Of a stretch of DNA of 64,000 nt, positions 30,857 through 40,832 are shown piece after piece. The position numbers were made by a program, and so were the translations under genes. The DNA is from Candidatus Spyradenecus sp. GTDB lineage: Bacteria > Verrucomicrobiota > Verrucomicrobiia > Opitutales > UBA953. The stretch spans positions 27,216 to 91,215 of the forward strand of contig JAZSKX010000002.1 of assembly GCA_045535075.1 (NCBI GenBank), in the 5' to 3' direction. The notes under the pieces were generated by a model. The model ran no database searches, was not told where the DNA came from, and saw only the letters and a program-made list of their open reading frames with translations. The stretch's first letter is position 1. The number at the start of each line of letters is the position of its first letter.

Positions 30857-33800
30857 CTATTTCCGCGAAAGCATTCGTGAAAATTCGTGTCTATTCGTGG
30901 TTTCGGATTCGGACGCCGCGCAATTTTTATCCCAGGATTTTGCGGAGGACGTATTGGAGAATGCCGCCTTTTTCCCGTAAGGCGCTGAAGCTTCTGAAAC
31001 GATGAGCAATGTTTCTTCGTCCGAATAGCTCACGATACTCTTTTCTTCAAGAACTCCCGAGTTGTTCTCTTCAAAATTTTCGACCTGATCCATAACCTTT
31101 CGGAAAACTTCGGGGCAGTACTGCGGCGGATAGCCGTTTTTGATCAAACAAACTTTAATGTCAAATTTAAGCCGGTCCCGAATAATCTGATTGTTGAGCC
31201 AATCAGAAAATGAAGATTTTGTATCGATAATTTCTTTCACTTTCTTTGCCAGAGACTTACACTTTTCATTAATAGAAACGCCTCCGACAAGTTTGTCTTC
31301 CCCGTACACAAAGTTGTGTCGATCGCGTAAATCCATCAAAATGTCGTAAAATGCTTTTTCCTCAAATGTAAGACCGATTTTTCTAAAGCTCTCACGATCG
31401 GCATTCATATTCTTTAAAATTTGAAGTGCCTGTTCCGTTGCATTCCGAATAATTTCGTTTGCGGTCTGTTCCTGTGTTTCTCCCGCTTCTTCTTCGGAGA
31501 GGTGTTTTCTCCTTTCGTGATATTGCCTGACGGTTTCTTCAAGCATTTCTTGGAATTTCTTCGCCGCCATTTGATTGGTCTTCCCGTATTCCCGAATCTG
31601 TTTGCGAAGCATTTTCACCAGCATTTCAAGTTTCGTGGCAGGCATCTTTACATCCGCCAGCTTTTCAAAAAACTCGGGGCTGAACAAATCTTCCTGCTCG
31701 CCGTCATCAAGAATGCTTTCGACATCATTATATTTCAGCGCTTGTTCCACCATTTCGGAGACGCGACGATTCATCGTATCGGTATCGATATCCGTGTCCG
31801 TTCCGCTCATTTTGCGGACAAATCCGGCAATCGCCATAAAGCACTGCGCCAGGGCGGATTCTTCTTCACCGAGGCCGCCGGACGGCTGACAAATGTCGTA
31901 TGCCGCGCGCATTCTTTTCACGGTTTTCAGAAAATAGGTTTTGAAAGAAACCTTGGAAACTTTCTTCCCGCGATTTGTTTCCGAACTCAGAAACCGCGCG
32001 GAAACAAAGACAAACTCCGCCGCTTTTGCCAAAAGCCTATACCGCTCCGCCGGGTCTCCGTCGGGCATGAGGAACGGACTCAGATCATACTCGTCAAAAA
32101 GGTTTTTGAGGATTTCCAACTCTTCTCTGAAAACTGCCGCCGCCTGTTCCACGTCATCCGAAGACGGGGCAACAGAGGCATCTCCACCATAGAGTTTCAT
32201 TGCTTCCCGCATGTTATCCCGAATGCCGATGTAATCGACAATGAGACCGTAATCCTTGCCCGGAAACTTTCTGTTCACCCGACTGATGGTTTGAATTAAG
32301 AGATGCTTTTTCAGCGGCTTATCGTTGTACAGGTATGTCAGCGCGGGAACGTCAAATCCGGTAATCCACATATCCACCACAATGACGATTCGGAAGTTGG
32401 AGTTTTCCTGCCTAAATGCGGCATCAAGCGCCTCCGAGCGCTCTCCGTTCTTTACTCCGCCAAGGTAGTTATACATCTCTGCGGGATCGTTGCTACCGAC
32501 ACTTGAAACCATCGCCATAAAAGGCATCGGCTTCAGTTCACGCAATTCCTCGTCAGAAACGACGGTTCCGTCCGCCACCTTCCTTTCCGCAAACCATTCG
32601 GGATACTTTTCCTGGAATTTTTTCAGAAGCGTATAGGCAATCGATCTGCCGGAACAAACGATCATAGCTTTTTGCACTCTTCCAGGATCGTTTTCACACG
32701 CAGACACATAATGATCGTGAATGTCAACGGCAAGGCGCTCCAAGCGGGACGGTTCGCCAAGAATGACCTCCATGGAGCTCATCGCACGCTTACTTGCTTC
32801 GATATCGTCTCTCGTCGCCCCGTCATCCGCACACTTCTTATAGTAATTCTCAATCTCCCTGATCTTTGCCTGATCCAACAAAACTTTGGCAATGCGCGGA
32901 TGATATTTGATGGAAACGGTAAGTCCGTCCGCAACCGCCTGATCCATCGTGTAGCGGTCAATTTCGTCCCCGAAAGTCTGATACGTTTCGGCAATCGGCG
33001 TTCCCGTGAACCCGACAAACGTCGCATTGGGCAACGCCTCTTTCAACACTTTCGCGTAGGGCTTGGAAACGACGGCACGCATATTCTCGTCCGCATCTTT
33101 GCTGAACTGAATCTTCTTCGCGTTTTCAATTTGCGTCCGGTGCGCTTCGTCGGAGAAACAGATAATATTTGCCCGGCTGTTAATCAGTCCGATCCTATCG
33201 TCTTCCCGATCACAGAATTTCTGAATCGTGCAAATGTAAAAACCGCCGCTTTCCCGTGCGCCGAGCTCTTCCCGCAACACCTTCCTGTTCGGGACAATGC
33301 AAACCTCGCCCAAATTTAAAAATTCTTTGCTCTTGGTAAAGAGCTTCGCGCCCTGCTTTTGCAATTCATCGCGGTCCACAATCATAACGATGGTGGGCGA
33401 ACCTATCGCGGGAACGTCCGCACAGCGCAGCGCCAATTGCCGGGCAAGAAACGCCATCGTGTAGGTTTTCCCGCACCCCGTAGCGCCGAAGTAAGTCCCG
33501 CCTTTCCCGCTTTTTGAAATCACGGATTTGACGATGCTCTGCTTCAGGAGCCGGGAAGCAAAGAACTGCGGATAGCGGCACACGATTTCCCGCTCGGCGT
33601 AATCGTATTCGCTGTCCTGAAAATAAATATAGTCCCGGAAAATTTCGAGAAAGCGTTCGGGCGCAAACACGCCCCGAATCATCGTCTGCGTTTCCTCAAA
33701 CGGGAGCGTCGAAACCTTGTCGCCGTCGTTCACACGCCGCCAGGCATAGAAATGCTCATAAGGCGTGCGCACCGTTCCCAAGCGCGTTTTCACACCGTCG

Positions 33801-34390
33801 GAAATACACGCCAACGGGCAGTAGTGGAGCAGGTGCGGAATATCTCGCCAATAGCGGACGTTGATTTGCTCCCACGCATCGTAAATCGTCGCCCGCGCAT
33901 CCGCCGGATTTTTCAGCTCAATGACGCACAGCGGTAAACCGTTGACATAGAGAAGCACGTCCGGACGGCGGAGTTCCCGCTGCCCGTTGTTCACATATTC
34001 GACGGGAAGCTGGTTGACGACGCGAAAGATATTGTTTCCCGGGCACTCAAAATCAATAAGCGCAACCATTCGCGCCAAGCCGCTTTGCGGCGTAAACTGC
34101 ACGCCGTTTACCATCTGCACATACAGTTTGTGCAAGGTCGCGAACTCACTTTCCGCTCCCGCGAGGCGAACGGAATTCATGACCTCGCGGATCTCTTCCG
34201 AACGCAAATCCGGATTTTCTTTACTCAAAAACTGCTCCAAGTCGTCCTCATACAAAACGTCCGTTTTCAGGTTCCGCACGACGCTCCCGCCGGGCAGATA
34301 ATGCCAACCCGCTTCCTCTAAAAACGAGATAAACGCATCCTCAAATTCCGATTCGCAGAACCGCCCGTTGTATTCTTTCAGCTTCGCCAT
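30857..34390 (-). CDS. hsdR: Type I restriction endonuclease subunit R
   Basis: RPDVLLYVNGLPLCVIELKN, GATGCGKT, DEAHR, GFTGTP, VDMWITGFDVP, QTISRVNR; start at ATG 34390. Confidence 0.95.
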   Translation of the reverse strand: MAKLKEYNGRFCESEFEDAFISFLEEAGWHYLPGGSVVRNLKTDVLYEDDLEQFLSKENPDLRSEEIREVMNSVRLAGAESEFATLHKLYVQMVNGVQFTPQSGLARMVALIDFECPGNNIFRVVNQLPVEYVNNGQRELRRPDVLLYVNGLPLCVIELKNPADARATIYDAWEQINVRYWRDIPHLLHYCPLACISDGVKTRLGTVRTPYEHFYAWRRVNDGDKVSTLPFEETQTMIRGVFAPERFLEIFRDYIYFQDSEYDYAEREIVCRYPQFFASRLLKQSIVKSVISKSGKGGTYFGATGCGKTYTMAFLARQLALRCADVPAIGSPTIVMIVDRDELQKQGAKLFTKSKEFLNLGEVCIVPNRKVLREELGARESGGFYICTIQKFCDREDDRIGLINSRANIICFSDEAHRTQIENAKKIQFSKDADENMRAVVSKPYAKVLKEALPNATFVGFTGTPIAETYQTFGDEIDRYTMDQAVADGLTVSIKYHPRIAKVLLDQAKIREIENYYKKCADDGATRDDIEASKRAMSSMEVILGEPSRLERLAVDIHDHYVSACENDPGRVQKAMIVCSGRSIAYTLLKKFQEKYPEWFAERKVADGTVVSDEELRELKPMPFMAMVSSVGSNDPAEMYNYLGGVKNGERSEALDAAFRQENSNFRIVIVVDMWITGFDVPALTYLYNDKPLKKHLLIQTISRVNRKFPGKDYGLIVDYIGIRDNMREAMKLYGGDASVAPSSDDVEQAAAVFREELEILKNLFDEYDLSPFLMPDGDPAERYRLLAKAAEFVFVSARFLSSETNRGKKVSKVSFKTYFLKTVKRMRAAYDICQPSGGLGEEESALAQCFMAIAGFVRKMSGTDTDIDTDTMNRRVSEMVEQALKYNDVESILDDGEQEDLFSPEFFEKLADVKMPATKLEMLVKMLRKQIREYGKTNQMAAKKFQEMLEETVRQYHERRKHLSEEEAGETQEQTANEIIRNATEQALQILKNMNADRESFRKIGLTFEEKAFYDILMDLRDRHNFVYGEDKLVGGVSINEKCKSLAKKVKEIIDTKSSFSDWLNNQIIRDRLKFDIKVCLIKNGYPPQYCPEVFRKVMDQVENFEENNSGVLEEKSIVSYSDEETLLIVSEASAPYGKKAAFSNTSSAKSWDKNCAASESETTNRHEFSRMLSRK
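30927..30968 (-). repeat. att-like copy of the last 14 codons (including stop) of acnA
   Basis: Minus strand reads [13 protein letters not shown]; identical to 42865-42906 except for a synonymous GGA/GGC. Confidence 0.9.
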
Positions 34391-34572
34391 TGCCCGCCTC
34401 ACTTCCCGCCGGATTAATCAACTACCGAGATTCCCGCCACGGACAATCTTCCCGCCGAGAGACGTTTTTCAGATGTGGACAAGCTTGCTTCCCGGCAGAT
34501 TTGCAGAGAGAAAAATTAAGGGATTCGGTTAGTGTGTTAGTCATAGAGGTTAAGAGATCTGAAAGCAACCAG

Positions 34573-34760
34573 CGTGGGTATTCCTAAAATTGAAACAACC
34601 ACTTTCAAGCCAATTCGTCTTCTTCAAAAATGTTCTTAAGATGTCGCTGGCGTGTTCATGCCGAACAATTCAGCCAAATAGACTTATCTTTTACAAGGGC
34701 GTTTAGCGCAATGTCTTCTTTCGACGATTTGTACAGAAGAAAATTGAATGATTTAGCTAG
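34573..34760 (-). pseudogene. Decayed 5' fragment of a RhuM-family gene
   Basis: Frameshifted pieces FNFLLYKSSKEDIALNALVKDKSIWL / AELFGMNTPA / HLKNIFEEDELA / VVVSILGIPT match the RhuM N-terminal pattern as I recall it. Confidence 0.7.
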
Positions 34761-34776
34761 ATTATTTTGTTCTACA

Positions 34777-36900
34777 TTAACAAGCTATCCCATCATAAAA
34801 ATAATCTAAAATGTAATGCTCAAAAGGATGTAAGCTTCCCTCAAGTTGTTGTTTTAATCTCTCTTTCCCAATTTTTTTTAACTGCAACAACACCTCGTGC
34901 AGAGGAATTTCATTGTCTTCCAAATTTATTATCCCCGCATTTTGAATTTTCTTACTCACCATCCTAGGGAGTCCATATTCTTCTAACTCATAAACGTTTC
35001 TGGGAAGAAACGCATGTGATGCTTTAGCGAGAAATGATGATATATTAATGTTGTCGTCAGTAATTTTGTTATGAATATTGCTTATATCTTTGAGGATTTC
35101 TGCGAATTTATAGGTCACCGCTCTCTCAAATTTGAAGAACTTGTCAATACCGATATCATAGTCCTCCAGCACTGCTAACATATCGGGAATTGTACGAGTC
35201 CAGTTTTCAGACAAACAAACAACAAATTCAACAAAACTACGATTTTCATCATATTGGCTTTTCGTAAAATCATAATCCACTAATTCGCCCTTAACAGCTG
35301 ACAACACTGTATATAAAACGCCCTTCCAGTCCTCCGGATTCTCCGAATTTAAATAGGCCAAACACTTCCACTTAGTACAATCCTCTTTTATGCCTACCGC
35401 AATTTTTCGTATAAAAGCATAACTCCCACAACGCAAATTTTCATTTATCAAACTCCTATAATTTTCTTCCCCAAGAAGTTTGCTCATAGCTTGTTTACTG
35501 CTATTAATCGAGGCAACTTGATCCTGAGATATTTTATCATAATCAGATTCACAAACATTACAAAGAACCTCCTCCGAAAGGTCTATATCAAGTTGTACTT
35601 CCGATTCCGTCGGGGGAGGCTCTAGTAGATAAATTTGCCCAACAAAGTGTTTAAACATCCTCCCTGCTCGTCCTATTATATTTTTATATGTAAAGACATC
35701 GAGTTTGGCATTACTCCCGCTACGCCGATTGCGCCAAACAATAACATTTTCAGCAGAAGTATTCACGCCTTCAATTATCGAAGATGTTGAAACAATAGCA
35801 TCTAATCCATCCTTTTCTTCAAATAAGCGCACCTGTATCTGGCTCAACGCACGATGAAGTCGCCCGTTATGAATACCAATGCCTTTTTTTATCAAACTTG
35901 TTAATTTCCAGTTTGTATCATAATTAAGGCTAAGCCAATCTGCGAAACTTGAAAGACGGTTGTTTTCTTTAGAATCCAATCTTTCATTAATCGCATTCGT
36001 TACTTTTTCTATCTGAGGGAAAGAGGCGGCATATATTAGTGACTTCGAAGATCTCGGTTTTAAAATCTCACACAATCTTTCACTTTTTTTACTCTCATCT
36101 CGTCCTATTCTCACATACTCGTCATGTTTGTTTAAAAAAACGGTATTAAAGTCTAGTTCACGCACAAACAGCATATCATGCGTGAATAAATTGGGAGAAA
36201 TATTTGAGATATTGGGAGCAAGATAATACTTCTGTACGGCCTTATCCTTGATTTTTAATATTGCATTTAAAAGACTTACAGACCGGTCTTCATATTTACT
36301 ACTTGCCTTATAAAATTCATCTATAATAAGGATATCAATTTTTTCAATCTTATCGACATACCCAAACACTCTTTCTTGTGGAAAAATAAAAATGTTTTTA
36401 TCTCCAAGCTCGACATCGCCTGTTGTAATAATCCTGTATTCGCTGGAAAATTTTTTATATATACGCCTCCTTGTTTCATCTGCTAACGCAATTGTTGGAA
36501 CGATAATTACAACATTTCGAGGCTTCTTGATTGCAATAAACGCATCTATTACAAAACTTTTTCCAAAACTTGTTGGAGCACTGACTGCGATATTCTTACC
36601 GGACAAAAGCTCTTTTAGTAAAAACGATTGCTCTCTATGTAATGTCTGCTTTTCTCTGTTTCCTGTATCTACCTTAAAAGCTTCATAGACAAACTTATCC
36701 TCCCACCCGGCGGTATCTTCTTGGATATACGGGTATAATCCTGTTTTTCGAATCAAATGATTAACAAGCGGAGAATAAGGAAGCTGCATTCTTTCATGAT
36801 CGTCCAATAATTTTATCAACTTATTCCGCGCCTCTTCCTCGTTCCCGTTGTCTAGCAAGCAATTAATCTCTCTACAATGACTAAAAACAGCTTCCTCCAT
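34777..36900 (-). CDS. hamB: Hachiman HamB-like Ski2/DEAD-box helicase
   Basis: SAPTSFGKS, IIDEFYK, GIHNG, TSSIIEGVNT, NIIGRAGR; directly downstream of the DUF1837-like gene; AT-rich. Confidence 0.85.
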   Translation of the reverse strand: MEEAVFSHCREINCLLDNGNEEEARNKLIKLLDDHERMQLPYSPLVNHLIRKTGLYPYIQEDTAGWEDKFVYEAFKVDTGNREKQTLHREQSFLLKELLSGKNIAVSAPTSFGKSFVIDAFIAIKKPRNVVIIVPTIALADETRRRIYKKFSSEYRIITTGDVELGDKNIFIFPQERVFGYVDKIEKIDILIIDEFYKASSKYEDRSVSLLNAILKIKDKAVQKYYLAPNISNISPNLFTHDMLFVRELDFNTVFLNKHDEYVRIGRDESKKSERLCEILKPRSSKSLIYAASFPQIEKVTNAINERLDSKENNRLSSFADWLSLNYDTNWKLTSLIKKGIGIHNGRLHRALSQIQVRLFEEKDGLDAIVSTSSIIEGVNTSAENVIVWRNRRSGSNAKLDVFTYKNIIGRAGRMFKHFVGQIYLLEPPPTESEVQLDIDLSEEVLCNVCESDYDKISQDQVASINSSKQAMSKLLGEENYRSLINENLRCGSYAFIRKIAVGIKEDCTKWKCLAYLNSENPEDWKGVLYTVLSAVKGELVDYDFTKSQYDENRSFVEFVVCLSENWTRTIPDMLAVLEDYDIGIDKFFKFERAVTYKFAEILKDISNIHNKITDDNINISSFLAKASHAFLPRNVYELEEYGLPRMVSKKIQNAGIINLEDNEIPLHEVLLQLKKIGKERLKQQLEGSLHPFEHYILDYFYDGIAC

Positions 36901-36902
36901 AA

Positions 36903-37820
36903 TTATCTCCCCCTATAAAAGTTAACATTCGAGACAAAATCCTTCACGATCCTTTCTTTATCAGGGATAGGGAATAGAATCAGATGAAACTTTATATCTG
37001 CATAACGAGAAACAGAACCTAACTCACGAATTTGCTTACTAAAATACTTAGACGCCTCTGAAATATGAAATTTTTTAATGTCGTTTCTATACTGAGAAGA
37101 CATCATTTCTCTATTTTTGGTTATTTTACATTCGTGCAATAGAAGTATTGGAATATGCAATCTTGGTTTGAAATCATCGATTGATTCTTGATTGTCTAAA
37201 AGAGACCTTATTCTTTTCAAGAGGGCTTCCTTGTTTCCCATGAGCCTATCCATATCGCGTGCTCCCGTAATAAGCCTATTTTCTCTTTTAAGTTTTTCTG
37301 TGCCCAATGTCTCTTTTATAGAGGCAATTGCAGCTCCCATAGCAGGACTTAACTCCTTATAAAATTTTGCCTCCCCAAACCAAATTGAAAAATCATCTTC
37401 ACCTTCAAGGACAATATGCACGCTATCAACACCTTTTGCATTATCCTGAGAGTTTTGCTTATAAAAAATCTTGGGGACCACTGGTAACCCATTATAGTGA
37501 TGCCTCATTACTCCATATAATAGAATTTCGGCTAATTCACTCCCCGCACCAACATCTTCCCCTCTGGATGTAAATCGCAAATTCTTAGCCGCCTCTTTTA
37601 ACGATGATTGATATTGTCCCGCTAATTTTTCTCTTTCTTCGTGAGACAATGCAGCTTCGATTATATTATCCCAAATAAAGTTTTGAAACTTTTCAAACCT
37701 CCATTGCCTATCTTCAAAATCATTTAATAAACTAAGAACCTTTTCATTCCCTCTTGATTCAAAAGAAGGCTCAAGACTCGACATCAACTCATCATTTATC
37801 AATACCTCGAATGTTGCCAT
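36903..37820 (-). CDS. hamA: Hachiman HamA-like (DUF1837) nuclease
   Basis: ELAEILLY, PKIFYK..DNAKGVDSVH, IWFGEAKFY, FHLILFP; paired with the helicase. Confidence 0.85.
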   Translation of the reverse strand: MATFEVLINDELMSSLEPSFESRGNEKVLSLLNDFEDRQWRFEKFQNFIWDNIIEAALSHEEREKLAGQYQSSLKEAAKNLRFTSRGEDVGAGSELAEILLYGVMRHHYNGLPVVPKIFYKQNSQDNAKGVDSVHIVLEGEDDFSIWFGEAKFYKELSPAMGAAIASIKETLGTEKLKRENRLITGARDMDRLMGNKEALLKRIRSLLDNQESIDDFKPRLHIPILLLHECKITKNREMMSSQYRNDIKKFHISEASKYFSKQIRELGSVSRYADIKFHLILFPIPDKERIVKDFVSNVNFYRGR

Positions 37821-37836
37821 ACGTTATACCTCTTTC

Positions 37837-38955
37837 TTAGTTAGATTCCAAACTGCCCCGAATCAGAATCGGGCAGATGTTTTTGATTTGTGATTTTAGT
37901 TGTTCGTTGATGCGTTTTCGTTCGGTGTAAACGTTGTAAATATCGACGATGGATTTTTGGACGTCCTTGTCCGGAATCGGGAGTTGTGTTTCGTAAAACC
38001 GATCTAAATCAAGATTAGACCGGATACTCGAATCACTCATAAACCACCCACGACGGTCGCTTTCTCTTCGGGAAAACCACATCAAAATGTATTCTTCGAG
38101 AACAGTGTCGTTCTTGCATTCAAACACCGTGTAGGCCGGAGAAATAATGATGGGCATTCCCGCCTTATTCAAAGCGATTCTGATACATTCATCCCGTCCC
38201 GTTTGCATTCCGGAAAAAGCAAACTGATTTTTTTCGACGAGTTTATACCTTGTTAAATCTACTCCGTTGGTGTCTGCGACAGACGGCATGAACTGTTTTG
38301 CAATATTTATCCCATGCGCAATTGTGATTTCGCCGCTCTCATTACGAATATCAACTTCTTTCAGTAATTCGCGGACAGGTGTTGTTTCTGATTTATGTTT
38401 AATTTCGTCAATAAAGGCATCGATCCCAAGTTTCAAATCTTCCAAGCCGCGTTCGTAGCATTGCTGATTGGCGACCATCGCTTTGTAGATATCGACGTAT
38501 TTTTGCTGCGTGAAAAGAGGCGGAAGATCGATTTCCATTTCGCACAATGCATTCCATGTGAAAACTTCTGTAGAGCTTCCCCAAGAACGGAAACACGCTT
38601 CTCGATCCCATTCCACGCGGTTGAAGTGCAAAAACAAATATTCAGGGGAAACAACCTCTTTCACTTCTTTTTTTACTCTAAAACCAATGTTGTTCCAAGA
38701 AATGATGAAGCTTTTTCCGGTACTATTGTATCCAAAACCGATATGCTTTCCATGAGTACGGGGATTAAAAACAAATTCGGTAGGATGGATAACTAAGAAT
38801 TTTTCCAAATCAGCAGTTGATACGTTAGCTTTTGTTGGAATGATTTGCTTTGTTATGGTCATTCCTTTCACATCGTTCACTCCGAACGAATTATTTTTGT
38901 TCGTTTCGGTTGTAAGTTCTATTAGCTGACCAAGTTTATATCTACTCAATGCCAT
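37837..38955 (-). CDS. hsdS: Type I RM specificity subunit S
   Basis: Two TRD-like halves each followed by a conserved helix (LPPLFTQQKYVDIY / LPIPDKDVQKSIVDIY); overlaps the hsdM stop; start at ATG 38955. Confidence 0.85.
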   Translation of the reverse strand: MALSRYKLGQLIELTTETNKNNSFGVNDVKGMTITKQIIPTKANVSTADLEKFLVIHPTEFVFNPRTHGKHIGFGYNSTGKSFIISWNNIGFRVKKEVKEVVSPEYLFLHFNRVEWDREACFRSWGSSTEVFTWNALCEMEIDLPPLFTQQKYVDIYKAMVANQQCYERGLEDLKLGIDAFIDEIKHKSETTPVRELLKEVDIRNESGEITIAHGINIAKQFMPSVADTNGVDLTRYKLVEKNQFAFSGMQTGRDECIRIALNKAGMPIIISPAYTVFECKNDTVLEEYILMWFSRRESDRRGWFMSDSSIRSNLDLDRFYETQLPIPDKDVQKSIVDIYNVYTERKRINEQLKSQIKNICPILIRGSLESN

Positions 38956-40555
38956 ATCCGATTCCTTTGAATGCGCCTGCGAGCATTTTTTGAGACTGTT
39001 TTTCTTGAGCCATGAGTTCCCGCATTTCTTTTTGGATGCGAGCCATTTCTGCGGGAAAATCGATTTCCAAGTCGTGGTCGATGAACTCGATGTATTTGCT
39101 GGGAACGAGGCTCCAGCCTTGCGCCTCGATTTCCCTGATGCCGACGCTGCGATAGAGCTCGGGAACGGCATACGCGTTCCCGTCCGTTCCCGCGCTTTGC
39201 CAAGTGTGGTAGATGTCGGCGGCTCGTCGGATTTGGGCGGCATCTAAAAGCACTTTTTTCTTTCCTTCGTTTTTCACGGGATTATCCGTCCAAGTGCGCA
39301 GGTCCATAAAGAGAATTTCGCCTTCGCGGTTGCGCAGACTGCGCCCGTGGTATTTCCCGCCTTTTTTGTTTTGGTTCAAAATCCAGAGGGTAACGCTGAT
39401 GTCCGTTGTGATAAAGAGTTCCCGCGGGAGGATAATGATGGCTTCCACTTTGTCGTTTTGAATCAGCTTTTTTCGGATTTCCACGGTGTCGCTGTCGCCG
39501 AGCGCACCGTTCGCAAGCAAGAATCCGGCAACGCCGTCCAACGGCTTCAAGTGGGAAAGCATGTGCAAAATCCAAGCATAGTTGGCATTGCTTTCGGGCG
39601 GCGTGGCGTAGTTTGCCCAGCGAGAATCGTTTTTCAGGTTTTCATCATACCAGCCTTTGAGATTAAAAGGCGGGTTTGCCATGATGTAGTTGAAGTAGAG
39701 CCCTTTGTGCAGATCGTGCGTAAAGGTGGAATCGCTTTCGCCGCCGAGGTTGTGGCTGATCCCGCGCAGGGCGAGGTTCATTTTAGCGAGGCGATAAGTC
39801 GCCGCCTCTTTTTCCTGCCCGTAAACATTGATGCGGCTGATGTCGCCGCGCTTTTCTCTGATGAGGTCGGTGCTTTGGACAAACATACCGCCCGATCCGC
39901 AACAGGGATCGTAAAGCGTGCCGTCAAAAGGCTCAATCATGGAGGCGATGAGCTGGACGACATCGTGCGGCGTGTAATATTCGCCCTCTTCTTTGGTCGC
40001 GTTGACGGCAAATTCTTTGAGGAAGTATTCGTAAACCCGCCCGATAAGGTCTTTTTCTTCGCCGAATGCCTTGTGGCTGATTTTGTTGACCTCGTCGACG
40101 ATTTGTTTGATGTCGTTGGCGGCAAGGTTGCGCGTAGTGAACGTGCCTTCCACGAAGCAACCTTTCAGCTGGGCACTGCCGGTCGCGATGCTGTGCAGAG
40201 CGGTATCGAGGGCGACGTTCAGTTTGGGTGCGGGAGTGTTAATAATCGTGGACCAACGCGCCTCTGCGGGAAGATTATAGGTCCCGTCCGTAAAAGTGGC
40301 ATCGTCGAAAAATGCCGCGAAGATTTCTTCATCGTCCGGGTCAAGACCTTGAGCGATTAGGTCTTCGCGTAGCTTCTTGATCCCATCTTCAAATTTTTCG
40401 CCGATAAAGCGCAAGAACACGAGCGTCAGCATCATGTCGCGCTTTTCAAAAAACGATCCGGAATTGCGGGCTTTGCGCAGGATATCCCGACACTTGAACA
40501 GAATCGCGTCTAAATTGATTTTATCGTCAGTCTTTTCCTTCGTTGCCTTTGCCAT
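38942..40555 (-). CDS. hsdM: Type I RM N6-adenine methyltransferase subunit M
   Basis: GEYYTP, YDPCCGSGGM, YGQE, MANPPFN. Confidence 0.95.
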   Translation of the reverse strand: MAKATKEKTDDKINLDAILFKCRDILRKARNSGSFFEKRDMMLTLVFLRFIGEKFEDGIKKLREDLIAQGLDPDDEEIFAAFFDDATFTDGTYNLPAEARWSTIINTPAPKLNVALDTALHSIATGSAQLKGCFVEGTFTTRNLAANDIKQIVDEVNKISHKAFGEEKDLIGRVYEYFLKEFAVNATKEEGEYYTPHDVVQLIASMIEPFDGTLYDPCCGSGGMFVQSTDLIREKRGDISRINVYGQEKEAATYRLAKMNLALRGISHNLGGESDSTFTHDLHKGLYFNYIMANPPFNLKGWYDENLKNDSRWANYATPPESNANYAWILHMLSHLKPLDGVAGFLLANGALGDSDTVEIRKKLIQNDKVEAIIILPRELFITTDISVTLWILNQNKKGGKYHGRSLRNREGEILFMDLRTWTDNPVKNEGKKKVLLDAAQIRRAADIYHTWQSAGTDGNAYAVPELYRSVGIREIEAQGWSLVPSKYIEFIDHDLEIDFPAEMARIQKEMRELMAQEKQSQKMLAGAFKGIGYGIE

Positions 40556-40832
40556 ATTGTGCCCGCCTTCAGACGTATTGTGTTTGGGTAGGATAAGTCT
40601 CCGTTTTGCGTTAAGAAGATTGAAGTGGTTTCACTTTGCTAAAATGACAACAAATTCCGCGCGGGAACGCAAAAGCGAACTTGCAGAAAACAGTCCCGGC
40701 AAAAGCAAAAAATCCTCAAAAAGCGCTCTCCGAATCACAGTAAGAAAAAAATATAAAAAACAACAAAAAGTAAGTTTTTTATTTTAAAAATAGAAAAATA
40801 TAAGTATTTTATATAAAAAATAAGGATTTTCT

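Noticed and set aside
37837..38955. Invertible hsdS shufflon
   Set aside because: Only one hsdS, with no silent TRD copies, flanking inverted repeats or recombinase seen.
38956..39243. N-terminal extension of hsdS in the ORF track
   Set aside because: It overlaps hsdM in another frame; the ATG at 38955 gives normal coupling.
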